From contig JAUQPA010000002.1 in the NCBI GenBank assembly GCA_030550615.1, positions 2,074 through 66,073 on the forward strand: a DNA stretch of 64,000 nucleotides, given 5' to 3'. The notes beneath the pieces are model-generated. The model had not been told where the DNA came from and did no database searches. It saw only the letters and a list, made by a program, of their open reading frames with translations. The stretch is from Thermoproteota archaeon. Lineage in GTDB: Archaea > Thermoproteota > Thermoprotei_A > Sulfolobales > Desulfurococcaceae. Of the stretch, positions 36,939 through 47,330 are shown piece by piece (position 1 is the first letter of the stretch; every line of letters starts with the position of its first letter). A program made the translations under genes and the position numbers.

Positions 36939-38342
36939 ATGAAAAACCCCCTGATGGCGGGAATTGTTTTAATAACAGCTATTTTATCTGGTTTGATCGG
37001 ATATTTTATAGGAATATACATTCAACAAGGAACACTCTCTCAAACACCAATACAAACATGGACTCCACCAGAGAAGATAAGGGCTGCGTGGATTTACATA
37101 GGTCCTATAGGAGATTACGGATGGAGCTATATGCATGAAATTGGTAGAAGAGTGGTTCAAGAATTGTTTAAAGATTGGCTTGAAACTACATATGTTGCAG
37201 ATGTAAGCGAAGGTCAATTAATGGAAACTATTGATAAATTGGTGCAAGAAGGATATAACGTTATATTCACAACGTCTTTTGACTTCATGGATAAAACAAT
37301 AGAAGCAGCGAAAAAATATCCCAACGTAATGTTTTTCCAGTGCTCCGGCTACAAAAGAGCCCCCAATGTTGGCACCTACTTTGCAGATCTTTACCAAGTT
37401 TATTACCTCAATGGATTAATAGCAGGTGCATTAACAAAAACTGGTAAAATAGGTTATATCGCAGCTTACACTATTCCAGAAGTGGTTAGACATATAAATG
37501 CATTCGCTATTGGTGCCAAGGAGGTAGGCGAACAACTAGGCAAAAACATAGAGGTTTACGTCATTGAAATAGGCGACTGGGTTGCACCTCAAAAAGCAAA
37601 ATGGGCTGCTCAGGAACTTGTTGAAAGATATAATGTTGATGTACTAGCATTCACAGAGGATACAACTGCAACAGTAGAGTTTGCTGAACAAAAGGGAGTA
37701 TATGTATTCGGTCATTACTCTCCAATGTTAAAATTCGGACCTAATTACGTTGTTAGCGGTCAATTAGTTAGATGGGAAAGAATATACGCAGATATTCTTG
37801 TGAAAATCAAAGCAGGTGTATTAACACCCTATAATCTCGATAAAGTAGACTACTGGTACTTATTATCCAGCGGTGCAGTTGATTTAGGAGCTGATATAGA
37901 TGAAAATGGCAATGTTGTAATGATTAATCCAAAATACGTTGATGTTCTCAAGAACATTATTGTAGTCGATAAAACTGATGGGCAAAAACTAAGTGTTTAC
38001 GACTTAGTCATGAAGAGGTATTGGCAAATGAAGAACGCTTTTCTCGTTATACCATTACAGTTCAGCAGTTTCACGCATAAATATGAAAACATTACAAGCA
38101 TTTATGTTGACTGGGGTACAAATCTAGGTAAACTACCATATTCTATTGCTTCAGCGTTCGATCCCTTCATGGGGCCTCTCGAGGGCTATTGTTTGTTTGA
38201 TCCAGGCGAATCCACCTCAGCGTATTGTAGAAATGCGTACAAGAACGCGCCGGTAGAAATACCGAGCAACGTTAGACTAGGCCACGAGGACTTATGGACG
38301 ATGGATTGGTTCCTCAGCTACGTGAAATTGGTAGCGGGATAG
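36939..38342 (+). CDS. BMP/PnrA-family ABC substrate-binding protein (nucleoside-type), membrane anchored
   Basis: N-terminal TM anchor. IYIGPIGDYGWSYMHEIGR and a periplasmic-binding-protein type I layout. First gene of a four-gene ABC operon. Confidence 0.75.
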   Translation: MKNPLMAGIVLITAILSGLIGYFIGIYIQQGTLSQTPIQTWTPPEKIRAAWIYIGPIGDYGWSYMHEIGRRVVQELFKDWLETTYVADVSEGQLMETIDKLVQEGYNVIFTTSFDFMDKTIEAAKKYPNVMFFQCSGYKRAPNVGTYFADLYQVYYLNGLIAGALTKTGKIGYIAAYTIPEVVRHINAFAIGAKEVGEQLGKNIEVYVIEIGDWVAPQKAKWAAQELVERYNVDVLAFTEDTTATVEFAEQKGVYVFGHYSPMLKFGPNYVVSGQLVRWERIYADILVKIKAGVLTPYNLDKVDYWYLLSSGAVDLGADIDENGNVVMINPKYVDVLKNIIVVDKTDGQKLSVYDLVMKRYWQMKNAFLVIPLQFSSFTHKYENITSIYVDWGTNLGKLPYSIASAFDPFMGPLEGYCLFDPGESTSAYCRNAYKNAPVEIPSNVRLGHEDLWTMDWFLSYVKLVAG

Positions 38343-38385
38343 GTAGAAATGACTTATTTAAATCCATTATTCTTTTTTCCTTCCT

Positions 38386-39966
38386 TTGTTTCGAGAAATT
38401 ACTGCTTACAGGTGTATTAATGTGAACAACGAGAATTATAATAATTTAATTCTATCTATAAATAAGTTATCAAAGGTCTTCCCGGGCGGAATAATAGCAC
38501 TTGAAAACGTTAATTTAGATCTGTACTCGGGTGAAGTTGTTTCAATTCTCGGTGAAAACGGTTCTGGAAAATCTACTTTGGTTAAAATACTATACGGAGT
38601 ATACACACCTGATTCAGGCGAAATAAAACTTCGAATTAATAACACCATGTTGAAAGTGCATTTTAGCACCCCACTAGACGCGATGCGACACGGCATTGTT
38701 CTCGTGAACCAGGTTCCCCAGTTAATAGATAGATTAAGCATAGCCGAAAATTTAGCAATTACCCTAAGTACGTTGAAAATCAAGAGTAGTGTTTTTTCCA
38801 ACATAGAATACGTATCTAAAATGCTTAGGGAAACCGCTGAATTGCTAGGAGTTAAAATTGATCCTGGCGAAAAAGTATACAATTTAACCTACACGCAAAA
38901 ACAATTTATTGAATTAATACGTGCAATAATGGTTGATGCAAAAATAATCATGCTTGATGAAGCATTAACATATCTTCCGCCAATAGAAAAGAAGAAGTGG
39001 TATGATCTACTCAAAACTCTCAAGAACTCTGGTAAAACAATTGTTCTTATAACTCATAAAATTCACGAAGCACTTGAATTATCTGATAGAATAGTGGTTC
39101 TGAGGAAAGGACGCATCGTGGGGGTGGTTAATGGCAATGAGGCTACAGCCGATAGAGTTAGACAGTTAATGTTCGGCGAGTCGTTTAATGGCAATGAATT
39201 AATTAAGCAGAATAATTCGAATGTAAATCAACATTTAGAACACGAGATAGTTATCGAGAATTTGTACGTGAGTGATGATCACGGCAGGGAAATCCTCAGG
39301 GATGTTAATTTAAATGTTAAAAAAGGCGAGATAGCTGGAGTTGTAGGTGTTTCGGGTAGCGGTCAACGAGAACTTATAGAGTCCATTGTAGGTCTTAGGA
39401 AACCAGTTCGGGGAAAAATCAAGGTAGCTGAAGTCGATGTCATACATCAAGGAATTAAGGCTTTGCGAAGATCGGGTGTTGGGTTCATAACGGATCACCC
39501 CCTTAAGTACTGTATATCATCAGACAACAGCATAGTGGAAAACATAGCTCTTTCATGTTGTCCAAGTGGCCTAATACTCAATTGGGATTTGATCGAGAAA
39601 AAGACACGCGAAATTATCGAGGAATACAACATTCAAGCTGAATCCGTGAATTCCCCTGTTAAAACTCTATCAGGAGGAAATCTCATGAAAGTTATTATAG
39701 GTAGGGAATTAGAACGTGCGAAACGAGTATTCATAGCATACAACCCGACCAGGGCACTCGATGAATTATCAACAGTTCGCGTACTAAATAAATTGAAGAG
39801 CAAAGCACGAGACGAAAAAGTATCGGTGCTAATAGCTTCAGATGACGCAGATGAAGTGCTATCAATCTGTGATACACTGTACGTACTGAGCTCGGGTAGA
39901 CTCATTGGACCATTCAATCCACGTAACACACCACGCGAGAGAATTGAAGAACTCATGGTGACCTAG
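38386..39966 (+). CDS. ABC transporter ATP-binding protein with two ATPase domains
   Basis: First Walker A GENGSGKST. Second, degenerate P-loop GVSGSGQRE and signature LSGGNLMKV. 526 aa. The start is probably the GTG at ~38421. Confidence 0.85.
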   Translation: MFREITAYRCINVNNENYNNLILSINKLSKVFPGGIIALENVNLDLYSGEVVSILGENGSGKSTLVKILYGVYTPDSGEIKLRINNTMLKVHFSTPLDAMRHGIVLVNQVPQLIDRLSIAENLAITLSTLKIKSSVFSNIEYVSKMLRETAELLGVKIDPGEKVYNLTYTQKQFIELIRAIMVDAKIIMLDEALTYLPPIEKKKWYDLLKTLKNSGKTIVLITHKIHEALELSDRIVVLRKGRIVGVVNGNEATADRVRQLMFGESFNGNELIKQNNSNVNQHLEHEIVIENLYVSDDHGREILRDVNLNVKKGEIAGVVGVSGSGQRELIESIVGLRKPVRGKIKVAEVDVIHQGIKALRRSGVGFITDHPLKYCISSDNSIVENIALSCCPSGLILNWDLIEKKTREIIEEYNIQAESVNSPVKTLSGGNLMKVIIGRELERAKRVFIAYNPTRALDELSTVRVLNKLKSKARDEKVSVLIASDDADEVLSICDTLYVLSSGRLIGPFNPRNTPRERIEELMVT

Positions 39967-41094
39967 ATGAGAATCGTGATCTTAAGGAGAAAAAAGGAAA
40001 TTAAGTATAATGCTATTATATCATCCTGTATTTCAGTACTATTTGGAATTGCAATATACTTGTTTATACTGTGGTTATTTAACGTAAACTTAGTGGATGC
40101 TATAGTCATTCTTGGCGGATCCTTCATCTCGCCTACTATAGTAAAAGATTTTCTTATAATATGCCTAATAGGATGTGGACTCATTATATCATTCAAAGCA
40201 TCAATATGGAATATCGGTGGTGAAGGACAATTCTATGTCGCTATGATACCTGGGATAATACTAACATTGATTGTTTTTAACCCGGAGGAATCAAATGCCG
40301 GTATACCAAGTGTTCTAGTTATAATACTAGTCATAATCACGGGAGCTCTTGCAGGTGCAGCATGGGCTACGATAGCTGGGGTTTTAAAAGCATATATGCG
40401 CGTAGATGAAGTACCAGTTACTTTGATCCTGAATTATATAGCGTATTATCTATTGAATTACCTTGTATCCGGCCCGTTGAAAGGAAAGAAAACTTACGGT
40501 TATCTCAGAACAGATGAAATACCTGGATTATACCGTTTAAACATTGTTCTTTCAACACCTCAAGCTACGAGTTCCTTTGAGGGGGCATTATATGGTTTCA
40601 TGACTCAAGTAGCATACTATCTAGCGGTGTTAATAGCAGTTATATTAGTGTTCACGTTCATAATGTGGATGTTTAAGTACACTAAGCTTGGTTTATACAT
40701 AAAAATACTTGGTGCAAACCCAGATTACTTGCTTACATCGGGCGCGAACGTTAAAATACTAACACTATGTGCAATGGCATTATCTGGATCCATCGTAGGG
40801 TTAACCGGTAGCTTATATTTACTAGTAGAATGGGGGAGAATACCTTACGGAATACAATCTCATACACCAGGCTACGGCTACCAGGCAATTCTTGCCTCCT
40901 GGCTTTCAATGCTCGACTATAGATTTCTACCGGTTTCAGCTTATTTAGTAGCAGGTCTTAGAAATACAGGTTTGTCAATAAAAATCGCTGGCTTAGGGGA
41001 TACAGAGCAGTCGCTCATTATTCTAGGTTCGTTTCTATTAGCCTACTCAATCACTAGATTTATTTCCGATTATGAGGTGAAATTTGAATGGTAG
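39967..41094 (+). CDS. ABC transporter permease (BMP-type system)
   Basis: 375 aa polytopic protein, with IWNIGGEGQF typical of branched-chain/ribose-type permeases. Contiguous with the ATPase gene. Confidence 0.75.
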   Translation: MRIVILRRKKEIKYNAIISSCISVLFGIAIYLFILWLFNVNLVDAIVILGGSFISPTIVKDFLIICLIGCGLIISFKASIWNIGGEGQFYVAMIPGIILTLIVFNPEESNAGIPSVLVIILVIITGALAGAAWATIAGVLKAYMRVDEVPVTLILNYIAYYLLNYLVSGPLKGKKTYGYLRTDEIPGLYRLNIVLSTPQATSSFEGALYGFMTQVAYYLAVLIAVILVFTFIMWMFKYTKLGLYIKILGANPDYLLTSGANVKILTLCAMALSGSIVGLTGSLYLLVEWGRIPYGIQSHTPGYGYQAILASWLSMLDYRFLPVSAYLVAGLRNTGLSIKIAGLGDTEQSLIILGSFLLAYSITRFISDYEVKFEW

Positions 41095-42026
41095 AAGCAT
41101 ACATAGATTTCTTCATGAGGCTTTCAGCGGCTTTTGCAACAATATACATTGTTGCTCTAGGACATAGTTTATTTGAGCTATCGGGTTTGTTGAACTTATC
41201 AATCGACGGTATGTTCTTTCTTTCAACTGGAGTAGCAATTTTACTATCCGCATTCTTACATACGTTGCTTATACCTATCGGAGTAAATCAATTAGCTTGC
41301 ACCATACTAGCAACAATTCTCACTGGTTTAATTATGTCCTTGGTGGGTTTGTCATTGGCATGGATCCTATCAGTGTTCCCTATAAGTCAAGGAGCTGTTG
41401 GCTTATCGCTCATGTTTCTCGGCTACGGACTAGGCATACAGGCAGGTTACCCCGTGAGATTGAAATATGGTAGTATAACTCAGTTCACGTACCCCCAGAC
41501 TCCATCATTGTACATAGTAACAATTTCACTATCTATTATAACAGGTGTATTAATCCACAGACTACTGTACTCCACCCCGATCGGGGCTATGGTTAGAGCT
41601 TGCGGCGAAGACCCACACATAGCATCAAACCTAGGTGCAATTGTTTACAAAGTAAGATTGTTTACGGGTGCAATAGGATATTTCCTCATCGGCATCGGGG
41701 GATCATTATTTCCACTTCTTTGGTTAAGGTACTGGGACATACGCTCATATGCACTAGGTTACGGGTGGTTTGCATACACTGTGGCGCTTGCTGCTGGACG
41801 ACATCCAATACTATTAATACCATTCGCATTGATCTTTGGGGGATTACTGGAGTTCAATATAGCTATACAAGCATCATATGGATTGCCGGTTGATCTAGCT
41901 GGAATGATGCCTTTCATCGCATCAATAGTATTAATGATGCTCTATAGTTCTTCGAAATTAAGACGATCATTTGAACCTCCGCGTAGCTTGGGGAAAATAT
42001 ACTACAAGGAGGAGAGAACTATATAA
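41088..42026 (+). CDS. ABC transporter permease (BMP-type system, second subunit)
   Basis: 312 aa polytopic protein. Overlaps the preceding permease gene by 7 nt. Confidence 0.75.
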   Translation: MVEAYIDFFMRLSAAFATIYIVALGHSLFELSGLLNLSIDGMFFLSTGVAILLSAFLHTLLIPIGVNQLACTILATILTGLIMSLVGLSLAWILSVFPISQGAVGLSLMFLGYGLGIQAGYPVRLKYGSITQFTYPQTPSLYIVTISLSIITGVLIHRLLYSTPIGAMVRACGEDPHIASNLGAIVYKVRLFTGAIGYFLIGIGGSLFPLLWLRYWDIRSYALGYGWFAYTVALAAGRHPILLIPFALIFGGLLEFNIAIQASYGLPVDLAGMMPFIASIVLMMLYSSSKLRRSFEPPRSLGKIYYKEERTI

Positions 42027-42201
42027 ATAGAGGTGTTACATGTAATTTCCACATAGGAAAATAGAAAACACCTGGTTCTAAACCAAAAGTTTTTATTTAA
42101 ATGCCGACCTAAATACTTCATGGTTTATTACTTCCCTTTAGCATTAATAAGTATGCTATTTTACACAACATTGCAACACATGCAAACACGTGGGATGATC
42201 T

Positions 42202-43170
42202 ATGAGTAACAACGGGAAATTCATAGTAGTTGCTTTTGGAGGAAACGCTTTTCAATCAAAAACCGATAAGGGAACAATTGAAGACTATTGGAGAAACGCA
42301 TACACAGCCGCAGAAATTATCACGAAACTGGTGGAAGACGGGTACCGCGTGGTTGTCACGCATGGTAACGGTCCTCAGGTAGGCATCATAGCGGAATGGA
42401 TGACGCTTGGCTTAAAATACAAGAATATTCCTCCCATGAGCCTAGATGTAGCAGGAGCAATGAGTCAAGGCTGGCTTGGTTACATTTTACAACAAGCTAT
42501 ACGTAATAAACTTGTAGAAAGAAAACTTCTACCCTGGAAGATTAAAGGAGTTGTAACCATTATAACGCAAACACTGGTTAGAAAACACGACCCCGATTTC
42601 CAGAATCCATCAAAATACATCGGTCCATGGTATGATAAAGCCGAGGCTGAAAAACTATCATTGGAATACGGATGGATTTTTAAACCCGATCCAAGAGGGG
42701 GGTATAGGAGAGTTGTTCCTTCCCCTGATCCAATCAATCAAATAGAAATAGATGCAATAAAGCTTCTGGTTGAAAACGGATTCATAGTAATAGCGGATGG
42801 CGGTGGAGGGGTTCCTGTAATAGAAGAAGATGATAAACTAATAGGTGTAGAAGGGGTTATAGATAAAGATCTAGGGGCTGAAAAACTAGCATCAGCCCTC
42901 GGAGCGGATATACTATTGATCCTAACGGATATCGATTGTGCTTATCTAAACTACGGAACACCCGAAGCCAAGCCGCTGAGAGAATTAACCTCCAGCGAAG
43001 CACTAAAATACTATGAACAAGGGCATTTCAAACCCGGGAGCATGGGGCCCAAGATCCTTGCAGGTGTGAGATTTGTACGTAATGGCGGCAAATTAGCTAT
43101 TATCGCCCATTTAATGCAAGCACTAGATGCTCTTCGTGGAAAGGCTGGAACAAGAATACTGCCGGGATGA
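42202..43170 (+). CDS. arcC: Carbamate kinase
   Basis: VVAFGGNAF, VVTHGNGPQVG, GGGGVPV and a C-terminal FKPGSMGPK motif. 322 aa. Confidence 0.85.
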   Translation: MSNNGKFIVVAFGGNAFQSKTDKGTIEDYWRNAYTAAEIITKLVEDGYRVVVTHGNGPQVGIIAEWMTLGLKYKNIPPMSLDVAGAMSQGWLGYILQQAIRNKLVERKLLPWKIKGVVTIITQTLVRKHDPDFQNPSKYIGPWYDKAEAEKLSLEYGWIFKPDPRGGYRRVVPSPDPINQIEIDAIKLLVENGFIVIADGGGGVPVIEEDDKLIGVEGVIDKDLGAEKLASALGADILLILTDIDCAYLNYGTPEAKPLRELTSSEALKYYEQGHFKPGSMGPKILAGVRFVRNGGKLAIIAHLMQALDALRGKAGTRILPG

Positions 43171-44051
43171 TTTTGCAAAAACATAGAGTATACGTTAAAT
43201 TAGCTGGTATTTTGTCTCTTATTATGACAAATGTTCTATGGGGAACCTCATTCGTATTTATTAAATTATCGATGAACGAAATAAATCCCTTTACATATAC
43301 TTTTATGAGAACGCTGGTAGCAACTCTAGCGATCTCACCTATTACGATCTTTAAATTAATGCGAAGAAGACTGCACATCACTAGTTTGACACGTGGACTG
43401 CTAGTAGGGTTTGCCTACTCGACAGGTTTATGTTTGCAAGCAGCTGGCACTGCGTATATAGATCCCTCAACCAGCGCTTTCATAACGGGGTTGAGTACTA
43501 TTCATGTACATTTATACTCAGCAATCGCAAATCGGAAATATACAAAATTTGATTTATTGTCACTACTTATTGCTATTCTCGGATTATTCGTTTTAACATC
43601 ACCTGCAGGTGGACTAGGAGTAGGAGATTTACTAGTTTTCAGTGCAACTTTCGCATGGGCGGCTCAGGTCATATTGATTTCTAAACATGGAAAATCTAGC
43701 ATGATTGAGTTTTTAACGGGTACTTTTGCCGCAGGATTGTTCTTTGCACCTTTATCACTATTTTCCGGGATAAACATAAACACGAGTACGCTACTTTATC
43801 TATTGTACTTAGGTATTGTTTGCTCCATAGGGGCAACCTTCTTCCAGGTTCTTGGTCAACGCTATATTTCGGCATCAACTGCTGCTCTTTTGTTTCTGCT
43901 AGAACCGGTTCTCGCAACGTTTTTCTCCATAATTATGGGTCTTGAAGAACTATCGATTCATAAGGTGATAGGAGGGGGTTTAATACTATTGTCCTTATAT
44001 TTAGCTACAGTAATTGAGCTGAGAAAGGATAAAAGTACATCGGAATTCTGA
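43167..44051 (+). CDS. EamA/DMT-family transporter
   Basis: About 10 TM helices in two repeats. 294 aa. ATGA overlap with arcC. Confidence 0.7.
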   Translation: MILQKHRVYVKLAGILSLIMTNVLWGTSFVFIKLSMNEINPFTYTFMRTLVATLAISPITIFKLMRRRLHITSLTRGLLVGFAYSTGLCLQAAGTAYIDPSTSAFITGLSTIHVHLYSAIANRKYTKFDLLSLLIAILGLFVLTSPAGGLGVGDLLVFSATFAWAAQVILISKHGKSSMIEFLTGTFAAGLFFAPLSLFSGININTSTLLYLLYLGIVCSIGATFFQVLGQRYISASTAALLFLLEPVLATFFSIIMGLEELSIHKVIGGGLILLSLYLATVIELRKDKSTSEF

Positions 44052-44070
44052 TAATTATGTAAAAATCTTT

Positions 44071-44946
44071 TTAATCAATAGTTAATCCTATGAACTGTCT
44101 AATCACTGATCCTACGATATATAGTGCAAAAGCTATCCCGAGTATTAGACCAGTGTTTTCTAATAGTTCTTTAACGTAGCTTTTTTCATGTAGTACACTA
44201 ACGTAGAATGACATGTAAGCTACTATGAGAACACATATCGCGATCATTATTGCAAATCCAAATAGAACATATGTGAAAATGAAATATGGAAGAGCCAACA
44301 ATAATGCAACTATGAAATACGCGATCATGGTGTAAAGAGCTGATACAGCTGGCTTCAATAACCCAGCGTGTTTTGCTTGGGTATACGATGCGACACCCAT
44401 AGATATTGAAGCTGATATGCCTGCAATTAACCCGATCAAACCTGCACTTAAGCTGTTTGCAAATGCACCCAGCGAACCTGTGTAGATGCCCGTGAGTTCT
44501 ATTAATGCATCTGTTATTCCAAGAGCTATTGACGACAAGTACCTTATTCTTCCTTCATTGATATTCTCAACAAACATCTCCTCGTGTTTCTCCTCGTCAT
44601 TGATTATTTTATTTATACCTTCAACGCGGAGATCTGATTCAACCAGTTCTTTATAGTCTATTTGCGCATGTTTCTCGCTCGACTCCATGAGCTTCAGGAC
44701 AACTGTTATGCCGAATAACCATAGTATCATAACGTAAATCCATTGTTTTACGGTGAAGAAACCGGATGTACATTCTCCACTTATACTTCTCCAGAATTTG
44801 TAATGTTCATATTCATCTTTACTTGCTTTATCAAATATATCTCTCGTCTTCTTGGGTACAAATGGGTTCTTGGCAATAAAACTGTAAATTAAGTAAGCTT
44901 TGTATTCTTCTCTGCAGTACTCTTTTGCTTTTTCAACTAAATTCAT
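44071..44946 (-). CDS. VIT1/CCC1-family membrane protein with N-terminal ferritin-like region
   Basis: N-terminal EEYKAYLIY...DEYEHYKFW (ferritin/rubrerythrin-like helices), EEKHEEMF, then a TM-rich C-terminal half. Confidence 0.6.
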   Translation of the reverse strand: MNLVEKAKEYCREEYKAYLIYSFIAKNPFVPKKTRDIFDKASKDEYEHYKFWRSISGECTSGFFTVKQWIYVMILWLFGITVVLKLMESSEKHAQIDYKELVESDLRVEGINKIINDEEKHEEMFVENINEGRIRYLSSIALGITDALIELTGIYTGSLGAFANSLSAGLIGLIAGISASISMGVASYTQAKHAGLLKPAVSALYTMIAYFIVALLLALPYFIFTYVLFGFAIMIAICVLIVAYMSFYVSVLHEKSYVKELLENTGLILGIAFALYIVGSVIRQFIGLTID

Positions 44947-45024
44947 TATTCATTGACCCTAATGATTTATTACGAGAAGTCGTTATAATATATTTAAGGT
45001 AGTTAAGGAAAGAAAGTTGAAAAT

Positions 45025-45429
45025 CTAATCTTCCTTTCTTTTACTAAGGAGATTTACGGGTAATCCCTCTTTTAATATGAAATCAGGTATTTTATCACTA
45101 TATGTTCTTAGGAAATCCAGGTCTCTATCTACTTTTCTTTTATTATCTGTTAACATCACTACTATACCATCTCTTATGGGATACCAATGCTTGCAGCTAG
45201 GACAATACAATACTGCTGTTTTAATAGCTATTTTAATGCATTCCCTGCAGGGATATTCCTTGCCTTGCTGTATGTTCTCACGTAAAAATCCACAATAAAC
45301 TTTGCAAAAGGGTGTTTCTACAGTACTTGTATCAATATTTTGAGCTTCCTTTTCGATCACATAGATTTCCAATGGAAAGCTCTTACAGTGAACACATTTA
45401 AGTACGTCCAGACCCCAATAACGCATCAC
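45025..45429 (-). CDS. Trm112-like zinc-ribbon protein with an extra Cys-rich insertion
   Basis: LKCVHCKS...LYCPSCKHWYPIRDGIVVML (Trm112/DUF343 pattern), with an inserted CKVYCGF...YPCRECI. Start and stop overlap the upstream mutase gene. Confidence 0.55.
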   Translation of the reverse strand: MMRYWGLDVLKCVHCKSFPLEIYVIEKEAQNIDTSTVETPFCKVYCGFLRENIQQGKEYPCRECIKIAIKTAVLYCPSCKHWYPIRDGIVVMLTDNKRKVDRDLDFLRTYSDKIPDFILKEGLPVNLLSKRKED

Positions 45430-46790
45430 TGGTTCATCGCCTCTTTAACAAGTTTATCTATCCTTTCCAATAACTGCTTAGCTACAGCTTCATCTTTAGC
45501 TTCAATCATTACTCTTAGTAAAGGCTCTGTTCCACTGGGCCTCACGAGAACCCAGTAATCTCTGGATACAACTTTTACTCCATCTATTGTTATTAATCTC
45601 TCATTTCTGAATTCTTCTTTTACTTTTTCAACAATTATCGAAGCCTTGTCCCTACTCATTTTGTATTTAGTTTTAATTGTGAAATAACGTGGTAATTCAC
45701 TATATAAATCGGATATGCTCCTAGCTTCTGTGGCTAGGTACTCTAGAAGTAATGCCGTTGTCATTCCACCATCTCGTACGAATTGGTGTGGAGGATACAT
45801 GAATCCTCCATTTTCCTCGAATCCGCAGAGAGCATCACCTGCTTTCCTCATAGCATGTGCTATATCCACGCTACCAACTTTCAGCCACACGACCTCTGTA
45901 TTCAAGGGTTTTAATGCTTCCTCTATTATGGTACTCGACGAAACTCCGGTGTAAATTTTTCCTTTCTCACCACGGTTTAACACCAGGTGTTTAGCCAGTA
46001 GAACGGCAGTGCGATCTCCCCAGTGGACTTCGCCTTTTTCATCGATAATTATGGCTCTATCCGCATCTCCATCGTGAGCTACACCGAGATCACACCTGTA
46101 AAATGGAACAAGTCTCGCTGTATCTATTAAGTTCTCTGGTGTAGGTTCAGGGTATCTATAAGGTTGAGTATCTAAATTACCATTTATAACAATAGGTTTT
46201 GCACCGAGTTTTCTGAGAATTTTCGGAGTTGTTAAAACTCCAACGTTATTCGCGGGGTCCACGAGCACCCTGAAGCCTCGTTTAGATATTCTTTCTACAT
46301 CAACTTTGCTGACAACGGAGTTTATGTATATTTCGTTTACAAGCGGATACCTCTGGACGTCTTCAGAGTAGTTTCTCCAATCTACTATCCTATATTTCTC
46401 CTCGTGAAAATATTCTTCAATTATTCTTTCCTCATCTCTATCGATCTCTATTCCATGGGGTCCAATAACCTTTATTCCACTATATTCAGGCGGATTATGG
46501 CTAGCAGTAATCATTACTCCGCCATCAAATCCCTGTGTTTTAACAGCGTGTTGTAATGCCGGTGTAGGGGTTAAACCAGCATCGTATACTTTGAGACCCG
46601 AGAAGACTAGTGATCCTTCAACTATTTTTTTAATTGCTTCGTTTCCACCTCTGTAATCCATTCCAACAAGTATTCTCGATCCTTCGCCAAAGTATGACCC
46701 AATTGCTAACGCAAGCCTGGCAATAAACAGAGGGGTTAGTTCTTTTCCAACAATTCCTCTTACACCATCTGTACCAAACAGCTTTCTCAT
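45426..46790 (-). CDS. Phosphohexomutase (phosphoglucosamine/phosphomannomutase family)
   Basis: MRKLFGTDGVRG, phosphoserine loop ITASHNPPEYSGIK, metal loop AHDGDADR and GFEENGG sugar loop. Confidence 0.85.
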   Translation of the reverse strand: MRKLFGTDGVRGIVGKELTPLFIARLALAIGSYFGEGSRILVGMDYRGGNEAIKKIVEGSLVFSGLKVYDAGLTPTPALQHAVKTQGFDGGVMITASHNPPEYSGIKVIGPHGIEIDRDEERIIEEYFHEEKYRIVDWRNYSEDVQRYPLVNEIYINSVVSKVDVERISKRGFRVLVDPANNVGVLTTPKILRKLGAKPIVINGNLDTQPYRYPEPTPENLIDTARLVPFYRCDLGVAHDGDADRAIIIDEKGEVHWGDRTAVLLAKHLVLNRGEKGKIYTGVSSSTIIEEALKPLNTEVVWLKVGSVDIAHAMRKAGDALCGFEENGGFMYPPHQFVRDGGMTTALLLEYLATEARSISDLYSELPRYFTIKTKYKMSRDKASIIVEKVKEEFRNERLITIDGVKVVSRDYWVLVRPSGTEPLLRVMIEAKDEAVAKQLLERIDKLVKEAMNQ

Positions 46791-46792
46791 TA

Positions 46793-47179
46793 TTATTCCT
46801 CCTCTTCTAAGACTTCCTCAAGTATCTCATATATTTCGACACTACCATCTCTCAACTTAAAAACCGGTATTAAGCCCTTTTCTTCAACCCATTGTCTTGC
46901 TTTAAGAGATGCCAAGCTTAGATAGCTCACGGCGTTCTCTACAAGTTCTTCTACATCTTCTCCTGCTTCCTTCAAGTCCTCTAGCACGTCCCTGAATTCA
47001 TCCATATGCTTAATGCTCATATAGACGAGCTTGTCTCTAAATTCTATCTTTAAATAAAGAGGGAAACCTCCGTGAGGAACAATGATTTCACCATTACGCA
47101 ACTCAGCGTAGTAGCCATTAGAACGCAGGTATTCAACAAGCTCTTCAATGAGTCTCAATAAGCATTCACCCACAGTCAA
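46793..47179 (-). CDS. Hypothetical acidic protein (128 aa)
   Basis: ORF immediately upstream of the mutase gene (2-nt gap). Glu-rich C-terminus (EEVLEEEE). No known motif. Confidence 0.5.
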   Translation of the reverse strand: MTVGECLLRLIEELVEYLRSNGYYAELRNGEIIVPHGGFPLYLKIEFRDKLVYMSIKHMDEFRDVLEDLKEAGEDVEELVENAVSYLSLASLKARQWVEEKGLIPVFKLRDGSVEIYEILEEVLEEEE

Positions 47180-47330
47180 CAGGATTTCTTAATATATTTA
47201 AAGAGTTTAAATGTATTTATATTAAAGTTTTTATATGTTAAAGTCTACAGCTTTAATAAGAACACTAGTCGTTAATTTCTTGAGAAACAAACGAGTACCG
47301 TCTCTATTGTGATCCCGGTGAAACGTAGTC

